The position numbers were made by a program, and so were the translations under genes. From the NCBI RefSeq assembly GCF_009834535.1, contig NC_045707.1, forward strand, positions 58,468,001-58,532,000: a stretch of DNA of 64,000 nucleotides. The letters are read 5' to 3'. The notes below the pieces were generated by a model. It saw only the letters and a list, made by a program, of their open reading frames with translations. It made no database searches and was not told the DNA's origin. Positions 39,388-51,252 of the stretch are shown here, one piece after another. How positions within the stretch are numbered: the first letter of the stretch is position 1; every line of letters begins with the position of its first letter. The DNA is from Camelus ferus. Its lineage: Eukaryota.

Positions 39388-42300
39388 GCAAGATGCCTGC
39401 AGCCGGCCGCCCTGCTCTATTGAGCCCATCTCGTCTGCTTTCCACTTGCCTCCTTCTTAGCTCTTGCCGGATCCTTTTTTGAAATGTCACTCACATTTGT
39501 ATGCAGGCCAGTGCACAAAACAAAATTAATTTAACTCACAATGGCACGTTAATATTATTATTTTTGACACCATGGAAAACTTACTAACTATAGTTTGTCA
39601 CAGGCCTCTCAGACTGAACAGCCCAACTACAGCTTGGGGAGGAGAAGTCATATGAGCTAAGGGTTTTCTGGACTGCCAGGCACCGTGAAAAGTCACAGTA
39701 GTTGAGTTTTTCCATACTGAAGCTAAAATTAACTCTCGATAAATGGCAACAAAACCTCTGCCGCGTGTTGTTGGACTACCCTTTCTGAGAACATTGCATG
39801 GCATGACTTATGCTTGATGTATTTTTCTCCTCCATCAATAAATATGGTCTTGCTATTTTAAAAGAGTTGTGGGAAATTTAAGGAGCATTAATTCTTGTGT
39901 GAATTATAAAAGCCCAAGAGTGTAGAAGGAGGAAAAACAGAGAGGCAGCTGGTGTTTCTTGCATGCTTCCTACTTCTGGGTATTTTCACATACAGCATCT
40001 TACTACATTCGTCTGTGATGATGATTTTGTTGTTGTTGTTGTTGTGTTAAGGTATAATTGACATGATGGTAAGATTATGTGTTCTCTGTCTTATGCATAA
40101 GGGAATTAAAGCACAGAGAGGTTAGCTGACTTCCCCAAGTTTGCACAGCCATGAATGGCAGCAGCAGTGGGAACAGAGGTCTGCCTAAGACCCTTCTTGG
40201 TCCATGGCTTGCTGCAGCTACATAAATCAGTACGAAATGAAGGAAATCACAGGCCTTACATGAAATGGACAGCCCTGTCTCTGCTTCCCATGAACTGTAG
40301 GTTTCCCCAAAATGATTTTATATACATTTGAATTACACAAAGCTGGCATTTATAAATAGACTTGATATCGAAAGGGTGATAACAAGGTCAACAGTTAAAT
40401 TTTTCTGATATGAAATAAGTGCCTAACAGTATTTATTTCCCTTATTTGACACCCAATGCTTTGTTTTTCCACATCTACCATGAATGAGGGTGTATTCTTT
40501 TTTTCGTTTGTTTCTTTTAGGCCATAACTTAAGAGTTAGCAAATATTTATTAAACTCTTCATAACTTGAAAGGCAGAACAATGAAGCTTTCACAAACAAA
40601 AACAGTGTGAGGAATCACTCTTCTGATAAGTAAAATACCCTTGGTTCACTCTTATGACTACTTAAATATAATGAATAAAGCTCAAGCTAGGTTTCCTGGC
40701 AGTTATAGAAGGTACTGCTAGGAATATCCACTTGAAATAATTGTTTTTTTTTAAAAAAAAGAATAAATTTAAAACAAATTAAGGCCATCAAAAGGTGAGA
40801 GAAAAACAATCATTTGTAGCTATACAGCTTTTCCCCACCAAAGTGTACTCCATCACGTTCTGTCTGAAGCTGTCACTGAGGAAATGACATAGTAAATACT
40901 GGGAAGTCTTACTCCCTGAGCTTATGGGAGGCTAGCCAGGAAGTCAAATCTCCTTAGCCTCACAAGCAGGCCAAAGGTCTTGCAGAAATGAATGCCTGGT
41001 TCAGCCTCCCCCAGGCCTCACATTCCCCCTGCGAAGCTCCTCCCTTATGTGGGATTCAGATATCAGAGTAGAATATCTAAGGGTTCCTAGGTTTTATTGC
41101 AGTGGAGCAAACCTGCCAGCCACCAGTTTCCGGAGGTGTCCAGGGGACGGAAACAAAGATTTGATGGCGGCTTACACTGGAACTCATCTGGCATGAAAAA
41201 TGCAGCTGGTTTACAATCCATGCTTCAAGGAAGCATTCTGGATCAATACGATTGTGTGATAGTATCTCAAAGGTGCTGAAAGCTTTTCAACAATATTTTC
41301 TGCTGCCTTAACCCAAGGTCTAAGTCTTGATCTTCTCATTTTGCCCCATTCCTTTGTAAGGCGTGGAAACATTCACCACAAAAACTTCCCTTTGCCAATC
41401 AAGACTGTATTTCTGCCTGTTGTACCCCCTTCCAGATTTCTCACTTTGCCGGTGACGTTAAGACGTGTGCGCTCCCACACATTCCAGACGCCACAGAAGT
41501 GCGGCAGGCATGCTCTTGGCTTATTTTTAAATGTTAATCTGTTTGGACCTTCCTGTATTCTAATTACTCTGGGGCAGATACGCAACACTTTTCTGGAATA
41601 ATCTAGGGGAAAATTTCTGGGGCAAACTAATTTGGAGAAAGGGAAAGAGAAATACATCAGCTGAATGTTAAGTTCACATGGAAACTCATCCACTATGTGT
41701 GCATTACAGCTGCCGAGGGTCTTGAGAACAGGAAGGGGAATGAAAGAGGGATCACGTGGGTTTACCTTCATTTTCTTAGAACTCAAGGTAAAAAGCACTG
41801 AAAAACCCTGCGCTGAAGCCAGAATATACTAGACTGAATTATGAAAGAGTTGTCACTTGTTATATCAAACGTACGTGTGTGTGCATTTATATTTGTACAT
41901 GTAAGGTAAAAATGGGACCACGATATTATCTTAGCATCCTGAGACAATATTCTCTTGTTCTTAGGTCCCCAAGTTACCTTTAGCCATATGCAGATTTTCG
42001 AAAAGCCTACAACACAAGCATCTATATGTGTATTTTAAAATTTTACATTCTGCCTTTTCTGCTTAACGTACTAAAGCATTTTCCTGTGTTGTTATATCTA
42101 ATGACTGTCTCCCATTCCAGTAAATGGTGGTGGAAGTAATCATTTTCTGGGTGTTGTACACTGAGCCTACTTCAGTGTGTGAAATGGTAAGTTAGAGTAA
42201 GTTGGCTTCCATGTATTTGAATTTCTATGGTGTTGAGATAGGATGGCCAGAGGCTTAGCTTGTTACTGCCTCTGTAAGAACCCTTTACAACGTGGAATTT

Positions 42301-45300
42301 CACATCTCTGGACAGACTATTTTGCTGTAAGTAACCTTCATTAAAAATACATTTTTTTCAACCTGGTACTTTTTTTTTTTTTTTTTTAATACACGCTACC
42401 TGGTAGAAAAGTCAGCATGCTATGACTTTCATTTTTATTGCGTTGGTCTAACTCTCTGCTGAGATTTTGCTGCCTGTGGGGACTTGCCCAAGAAAGTTAG
42501 CCAGAGGCTGATATATGGAAAGCCACTCTGCTTAATCAACTCCCCCAAATCTATCACTGTAGTCCAGAGCTCCAGGAATCCATTTCTGCCATTTTTCACT
42601 GTCAGAAATGGATTACTTTGAAAGAGACTAAAACCCTAAGTCCTCATGTCATTGTTTGTCAGAGTAATTGGAGAGGGCGTGTCCCACTGTGATAGGTCCT
42701 ATGAAAATGCAAGGAGAGATTAGAAGTTAAAAAGCAAAGAGGAAGTACCTGTAAGCCTTGATGTAGATTGATGCTACAGCTCTTTTGCTTTCATGGCTTT
42801 GCTTTTTAAGCATCTCTTTGATGAATCACAGGACTAGATCCCATGAGAGATCACCTTGTCTATTCCCTTACCTTGAAGCAGGGCTACAAATCCATGTCCC
42901 AGTTCTTATTTTTAAAAATCCTCCAGAGAGGTTGGCTCTTTTGAGAGAGCTGTTTCAACATTTAATGCTGCCAGGGCGGTTGTCTTTGGGTTCCATGCCA
43001 CATTTGAAGGGCTTTATTTTTATTTGGACTTCAGGGACTTCAAAAGGTCATTCTAAGCTGCCTCAAATAGATATTTTGCCCCCAATTAGTGGACTTTCAC
43101 GACTCCATTCTCTCCTTCAGAGAAAGAGATTGTGGTTTATGAGATCCCAAGTCAGGTTGCCAACTACCATAGACGCCACTGCTCTATGATTTGAGAGCAT
43201 TTGGTTTGGAAGCACAGGGTTGGTTCCCAGTGGCCTCTGAAGCATGTGAAAGTGTCACCTAAATGTGGAGCAGCAGTAATAATATTTACTGTTAAACTCA
43301 CAAGAACAGAGATCATGTACCTCTTAAACTTATCACTTTTTAAATGATCTACATTTTGGGGGGACAAATATGAATGAATGCAAGTTGAAATAGATGAACC
43401 ATAAAAGATAATCCAAACAGATGCAGCCTTTTAAAAGTAAGGAAATACGTCATCTCAGAGGCTTTTCATAGAAAGGAGAAGGCACAGAGGATGATGTCAG
43501 TGAGCAGTTTGCATGTGGGGAGAGAGGAGTCCTTAGTTGTCGCCATCTCAGGATATGTGGGAAGGATTTCCGCCTGAAACTCCTGGAGAGATTTGAGCTT
43601 CCCACGGACCAGTCTCAGTTTAGGTGGCCAGAACCTGCACTGAGGAAAGGACCATTCGCATTCTCAGTCCTGAGGCCAAGTGCGAACGGTTTTACGTGGA
43701 GAGGAGGAGCCCTGAAGCGTTTCCTTCGAGAACACTGGCAGGCGGGGATGCCGAGAAGGCAGGGGCCGCGGGCCCTGGCCGGTTGGCACGCCCGGGGCTG
43801 GGCAGGAACCATCCACTGTGCTCGGCCTGTTGGGCTCCTGCCTCTGCTTCCTGCCCTTGCCCCAAGCGCTCTGACTGACGGCTGGGCAAGCGGCTTCCTG
43901 CTGCACTTAGAGGAGATCAAACGATGTCTCCAGCATTACCTTTCTGCGGGAATGACACATGGTGAGCTGGGTTTTGCTCCGAGTTACTTAAGTGCTAGCT
44001 CTGGGCACTGAATTCATTACAAGGATCTGAAAGGAGGTTGGAGCCTCGTGTTAGGGTACTGGGTTTCTCCCTGAAATCATCCCCCGGTGACTTAGACAGG
44101 ACATCCTGGCTTATCTCGGAATCCAACCGAAGGTAGCAAACAGCCTCAACCAGCCTTGTTGACATAAAACTGCATCTCATCCTTTTGCTACCATCAGGCT
44201 CAGCACCATGGGTGATGGAGTAACAGTCCCTGGGATACACAGCTTCCTTTCCTCTCACCGCATCAAAAAAGGAAGGCAGGAAAAGAATCCAAACTGCATG
44301 TTTGCTGTTTAAAATAGGCACCCTTCTGACCCTGATGAATTCTTCGGGGAAAACCCCGCTCCATTTGTTAAAGGTCATCACAGACACACGCTGTGTTCCT
44401 TCTGAAAGTTAATTACCAGAGCCTTTTATACATGGCTGGGACAATTCCTGACTCCAATCCTAGGAATTGGCATGTAGCCCCGGCTTCACATCAGAATTTA
44501 AAAATAAGTAGTAACTGACATGGACTTTAGACTAAGGCAAAGCATTGATTTAAATGTCGGTTCATTATGTCCCTTAAGTGATTTCAGGTAGTTTCTTAGC
44601 CTCCGTCAGGCTCAGTTTTCTCACCCGCAAATTTGGCTTAATAATAACTATAACACAAGTTTGTGACATGAAATTGACCTATTGTATTTCATTATTTCAG
44701 ATTTAAATTAAATTTGTAATTTGTTTTCCCTCCCAAGGGAGCTGATCAGCAAATATGACAAAACTCTGTTGGGTTTGTGGGGGTGGTGGTGAGACTTTCT
44801 AGAAACGATCTAAAAGAGACGGTGCCGATGGAGGAAACCGGGTGTAGAACCAACTGAGACAAGGTTTTGAAAGTCACGATGGACAGTGACAACAGGCACT
44901 GCTCACTTCTCACTTCATAAAGGTTTGTTATCCCACTAAATTGAGACCTAACATAAAAAGTGTTTAAACATTTGGCTAAGGTATATGTGACACTGATTGC
45001 GAGAATTCATAAAGATGGCATGAAAATCTCCAGGCAGGGATGATATAAGGTTATTCTTCAAAATAGTAAACATCTGGAGTCAAAGAATGGACACATTGGA
45101 GGTGCAATGCCGGGCACGTAGTAATCCTCTTTTTTTTTTGTACGATGTAGCTCATGCGTTTTCTCTCCCTCTTTCTCTCATGAGAGGTAGAATTCTGAAA
45201 CGGAAATCTAGGAGGTTGGTCAGCGCTGTATTTCAGATTGTAGTGCTTCATAAAGCAGTCATCCCTTTTTGTCACATTCACTGCTCTTGAGAAATTATTC

Positions 45301-47399
45301 TGGTAGAGACAAAAGTGGGGAGATTCTGCAGAGCTCCAGGTCAGATCTTCTGCAGAGGGGGCCAATAAGGAGCTTCTCCCATTGCTTTATGATATGCAGG
45401 GGCTTAGGAAGCTCTAAGCAGAAAAAGATGCTTTGTTTTACAGAGAATTTTCTCTTATATCCAAATATACCTAATGAAACACTGTCTGGAGAACATGACA
45501 ATGTTTCACTGGTCTTTTCTATTGTAGGAATCAGTACAAGGTGAGGGATCTGACTCCATGATCATCATGAGAGCCGGTATAAGGAAAGGGGATGAGAGAG
45601 ATGGAAGCAATTCCTTCCTCCTGCCAGGAACGGGCAATATAACAGAGTGGAGTAAATCAGAAGATGGGGACTAGAGAGACTTGGGAGCACAGACTAGTGA
45701 ATGTGATGTGGGAATCTTTCACAGGTGGATCTATGGGCCAGAAAGACTGATCGGGAAAGCGTGGGGGGCAGCTAAGAGGGTTGAGAATAGGGAAAGGCAT
45801 TGAATGGAGGTAGGCTGCTGCAGCCCTCCCTCGGCACCGTGTGGTGGCAGCGTTGGAGCTGGGAGAACAGAAACACGGGAAAAAACAAAGTACAGAAGGC
45901 GTGCAGTGTGGGCGTGTGCTCGCAGACTAGAACATCACCCCTAGTGTGGGCCCGATAGCCTCTTTTGCTATTATGGGCGATCCCTTATGATGGATGATGA
46001 CTCTCTGGAGTCCAACCCACTCTGAAGTTCAGCCCTCCCATGGGCTGGGCAGCCTTGTGCTACTCGGGTTTCTCTTCTGCGTCTATTACTTGGGGAAACT
46101 CCTGGCGCCTACCCCAGAGTGTCACTGTGGCGAATAAACGAGCTAGCGCACTTAGCACTGGGTCCGGCTCACAGAAAAACTCAAGTGATGTGAGTTTCAA
46201 CAAAGTTACAGGTAACTTTGTGCTCTATCTGATTTTTTCAGCTCACAGGGCTTTGAAAATACTGTCCACCAAAAAGAAAAAGATAACATTCTCCCCCCTC
46301 CACCTCTAAAATTAGGCAATCCTGCTGTGACAGTCAGGTCCATAGCCTTTCTGTCCTCGTCAAATGCGGCCTCACTATAAACAAAGCATCAGTATGAGAG
46401 TGCTTGGAAGACCAGTGACCTCGAAGAGAAACATCCGTCTCTCCGCAGATTCGAAGTTAAACACTGATGTTGATTTTTTTGTTTTTCAACCAGGCAAGCA
46501 TTTCAAAGGCTGCTATCCTCAATCCCTCTTCATGATTGAGGCTGTCCAAAAATATGTTCAGAAATCAACAGCTAAAACTCCAGATTCTTGACCTATTTTA
46601 ATATTCTAATCTCACTCGATTTTCACTTGTTGACACTGAGATACAATTAAGAACAGACAACTCCTGACCCGATGCTAATTCCTAAAAGACGTCCCCCACC
46701 CCCCTCCACCTCGCTGTCTGTAAACACTAGCAGAGAGAGAAGAATTCAGGGAAGCGCCTTGTCAGAATATTGATTTATACATGTAGAGATAACGTCTTAA
46801 AATGAAAAGGGGTTGGTTCACTTTGGGTAAACCACCTCTCACTGCATTCCAAAAGGTCTGCAGCTTTGAGGATGAGGAGAATTGACTAGAAGTGTTTTCT
46901 AAACAAGAAGAATTTTCCCTTTTTAGAGAATTGTCTGTGGGACCTTTTGCTTCCCTCACAACTTCTCACCTCTACCGTCTCGTGCTCTCTGAAGTCCAGA
47001 ATACTGTTCTTGTGTACAGTTACGTTCCACATAGAAAAGTGCTGACTGAGAAGGAACTTTGAGGAAGGAAGCTGAAAGGAGGGGCTGACTCTAGGATGGA
47101 AGTCATCACCTCACAGCACACTGGCCTCTAAGCATTTGGAAGGGACAGGATAGGTAGGTGGTTTGTCTTCAGCTGGGTCTGCTGTGCTCTGGGTTCTTCT
47201 ACTGCCCAATTCTCTCATGTGTTTCCCAAGCCTGGAAGTTTCTGTGTCATCAAAACTGTATGGCCGTGTCTTCTGAACCCTTAGGCTGTCTCAATCTGAT
47301 CACTAAAGGATCTAAGTCTAGTGGTCATAACAATGCTTTTTCACTTGGCAAGGAAATAAGAGTTCTGATCAGTGCTGGTCATTTAAAAAAAAAAAAGAC

Positions 47400-47595
47400 C
47401 TAATATTTATTGAGAATTCATTAGGTGCTAAGTATTGTTCTCAATGCTTTCAATGAATTATCTCCTTTAGAGCTTATCCCCCCACCTCTAAAGGAGGATG
47501 TTAGCCCCATTTTACAGAGGGGTTAAGTAACAAGCCTAAGGGCACGAGGCTGAGTCTCGGGCCAGAGCTTTTATCTACTTGCAGTTCTTCCCACC
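47400..47595 (-). mobile_element. MIR SINE
   Basis: atttattgagaattcattaggtgctaagtattgttct..ccccattttacagagg..ggttaagtaacaagcctaagggcac. Confidence 0.65.
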
Positions 47596-50264
47596 ATTAA
47601 ATTATAGTCGACTAAGCTTAATGGGTCTGTCTATCTTCACCACTGTTTCTCTAGAAACTAGTATGGTTCCTGGCTCAGAAAAGAGGCTTAATAATATATA
47701 CTGACTAAATGGAAGAAGGAAGGGACACAATCCATTTGCAGTATTTAAGGCCTCCTGTTCATAGTTGGAAAGCACCGTAGCCATGTGTAAAGCAAGCAGG
47801 TTTGCGTGTGTGTCTGTGTGCTTCCTCTTTCATCCTTCAATTACTTAAGTTCTTGCTTATCAGCAAATCTGCCTTCTTCTCCCTTACTCTGTGGTACAAA
47901 CAGTACAGCTCAATTGCTGACATTTCATCTTCTTGCCGAGTAACAGAATGTAATGGGTTAAAGATTTCCCAACGCAAACATTTGGCCGCTCAAAGCAAGG
48001 TAGGAGTAAAACAGAAGGTGAAAACATTTAATTGGAAGAAGTCACAAACAAGATTAAAAAAAAAATTGTTTTGAAGCAGACAATGACCTCACCAGAAAAA
48101 GATGATATTGCAAAAGATCCAATGGGTGGAACTGGAGGACAGGACCGCACGAGACATCCTCCTGCCTTGATGACGTTGCTTCCCAGCCAAAGCCCTCCTC
48201 GCTGTCCCAGTGATGAGGACCAGGTGTAGGCAAGATAATTCTTCCTCTGTACCATTTTTCTTGTGCTCTCTTGGTTTTCTATCTGTTCCTATTTCAACTG
48301 CCACTCCTCACTTTCTGCTCCTCTGATCTGTGTTCATGAAATCCATGCTTCCAAATCACTTCGCTCTGCTTGACTTAAAATTCAACTGAAGACTCTAACT
48401 CTTTATTCTTTGAATAAAAGGAAAAACTAACACCTACACTAGTTTCTATTAAAACAGGTTTCCTTGGCACTATATGTATCAGAAATTAGATCTGCCGATG
48501 ATTTTTCCCATGGTGGCCCATCTGAGAGATGGTGTAATGATGTTAATGCTCAAAACATTTTGGTCAGAGTCAGAATATAAGTCTGACAAGAATATCCACC
48601 TCGTTACTTCACCACGGCAACTAAAGCTATTGTACTCAAGCTGATCATCCCCGCATGGTCCGTTCTGGGAAACAGCTCCTGGCCATTTCAATAAAGCTTA
48701 CATTTTAAAGACAAAGACAAACCATTATTGAGGACAGAGAGAAGAATGGATTGTATATTCAGAAAGACTATGGGAGAGAAGGGCTGGGATTCACAGTATC
48801 TGGGGGGACCCCAGAGGCACTACAGATGGAGTACTTCGGGACCCTTCGAAGATGACTTCTTTGAGGGCGGTATGACTCATGACGCATGTTTGCTAAAGAA
48901 AACTTCTACGTGATTTTACTTTGTCCAACCAGTTCACTTGAAAATATTTATTTAAGCACAATGGGTGTTCCAGGCACTGGGGATAAGAAGATAAACAAGA
49001 TAGGCGACCTCCTTGCGTTAACTGAGCGTCAGTCAACTAAGTAACAGTACGGCGGAGTAAAGAGAGAACTCCTTCGGGAATCAGACTTGCTCTGAATCTT
49101 CATTCCGGTGCTTATTTTCTGGGTGGCACTAGGCCAATTCCATTTTCTAACACGTGAGATAGGAATACAGAGAGTTACCCCACAGGACTGCTCCAAGGAT
49201 TACCTGAGACGGTGGGAGAAAAGCCCCGAGGAATAGAGTGCTTGGCGTGCAGGTGGGCCTGGCTTTCAGACTCCAGCTCTTGTCCTTGGGAAGAACCAGT
49301 TTCACAAGCTTTATTTAATCTGTCCCGAGTCTAGGTTCATCAGTCTGATATGGTAAGGGACAAACTGTCACTGAGCAACTTCGCTCAATCTTATTTCTCA
49401 GGATATCTGTTCAGACTTTGCGCTCTTCCCTGGGCCTGTCATGGGCAGTCTTAGTCCTGTCAATTGGCTGTTGTCCATCTCTTGGCTTTTACAGTCTGGA
49501 AGGCATCCTCAGCTTCTTCCTGCCTATTCAAATTCTACTCAGGTTTAAAGACTAGCTCACTTTTTTCAATTCTCCCATAGATACCCACCCCAGCCCTGCC
49601 ATCCATGCCTCTTCTTTTTGCTTAAAACATACGGTGCATTTTAATTGAGATTCTTACTTGGCTCTTTGTGAAGCTGCTTTTGTTATTTTGCATCATGAGG
49701 TTTTGCTACTATTATTGACCATTTCCCATACGTGAATCTTAATCTTCCATTTTATGCATTTTTCAGTGGTAATTTCACAGATACTCAATACGTTTTGAAT
49801 AAATGAATGAGAATTTACGTTCTATTTAATAACAATTTTTTTAAAATGGAAAGCAAAATCCCCCTGTCTTCATTAAATTCATCAGCACTCACAAGTGAGT
49901 AATAACATGTTTGTGTTAATGAGTACCTTTGAATTTCAGGGCTCTGTATCCTGGGCAGGGATTTATGCTGAGTATTTATGAAATATAGTTAAGAAGACCA
50001 AAGTGCCACAGCTACTTACTGTTGTTTCTTCTTGTGCTATATTACAGCGGCAACATATTATTATATGTAAGGTGAAAAATATAAATATATAGATTTTAGT
50101 CAGTTGCATGTTGTCAAAGCAGAATGACCAAGTTTCAGGATTCCAAAATAAACAAGCCAAAGCTGAGGAAAACTGATTTGTATCATTTTTGTTTTGTACT
50201 TAAGTGGAGTGTATAGCTACACTTTGAGTCTGAAAAGACTGGGAGAGACTGCTCAGAGAAGATG

Positions 50265-50490
50265 GGATGGTGAAGCAGAAAGAGCACGGGCTTCCGGCTG
50301 GCGTTGGAGTTTCAGCTCTGGCCTTGGCTGTGTGAAGTTGGGCAAACCACTTAGACTTTTCTGGGCTTCAGGTTTGTTCACCACCCCCCCACCATTTTGT
50401 AAAACAGATTCAACCTGCCAATTTTAAAGAACGTTGTGAGAATTATTTTTGTTGGCACACAGTAGACGCTCAATAAGTGGCAGCTTTGTA
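50265..50490 (+). mobile_element. MIR SINE
   Basis: gctgtgtgaagttgggcaaaccactt..tctgggcttcagg..gttgtgagaatta..ggcacacagtagacgctcaataag. Confidence 0.68.
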
Positions 50491-50870
50491 AAAATTATTT
50501 GTGCTTATAACTTAGGTAGAGAAGTTAAGGGTAAGCTTTAATAAGATGAATTTTGGAAAGAAGGGAGCTGGGCTGGGAACACAGGCCTTTGGGCGATTAC
50601 AGTTGGACAAGGGAGGGCGATGCAGCGGGCTGGGTTATGACAATGGGGGAATGATGGAAGGTCATCAGAGGGCGTTTTGAAAATGTATATTAATTGGTTC
50701 CAAGGAGAATTCCAAGAAAACGAACAAAATCTAAGTTTACTGTATCTACAATGTTTGTGGCTAAATGTGTATTAACTTGCTAGGGAATTCACAATAAAAT
50801 GTGCCAACTAAATGTCACTTGCTGTCTGCAGAGTCATTAGCCACTGCAGTCGCTGACCTTTAACGTACCC

Positions 50871-51252
50871 TGAAAGGAGTCTGGGGTGCAGGTCAGGAAT
50901 GAAGCACTCTGTGCTCTGGGAAAACTGGCAGAACAGATCTTGAGACAGTTAAGATATTTTCCAGAGAAAATTTGACAGACTCAAATTCTTGCACAGACCA
51001 ATACATAAAAAAGCCCTAAAACTACTAACTAAGCTATCTGTTCCTCTTAGCTAGCAGTCACCTTCCACCGAGACGTGTGTCTGACTGCACGTACCCCTCG
51101 CCAGAATCACATATACTGACCTCTCCATCTTGTATTTTCGGACCGGTTTCTCAGAGCTCTGAGAGGCTGTCTCCTGGGCTATAGTGCTCAGTGAGTCCTC
51201 ATAAAACTGAAAATCACAGTCCTTACACTGTGACTTTTGACTTTGGTTGACA
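50871..51252 (+). mobile_element. ERV1-class solo LTR (MER34-like; subfamily uncertain)
   Basis: TGAAAGGAGT start and ...ggttgaCA end, with ctcagagctctgagaggctgtctcctgggctatagt.ctcagt and an ataaaactgaa signal near the 3' end. No clear TSD. Confidence 0.65.
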
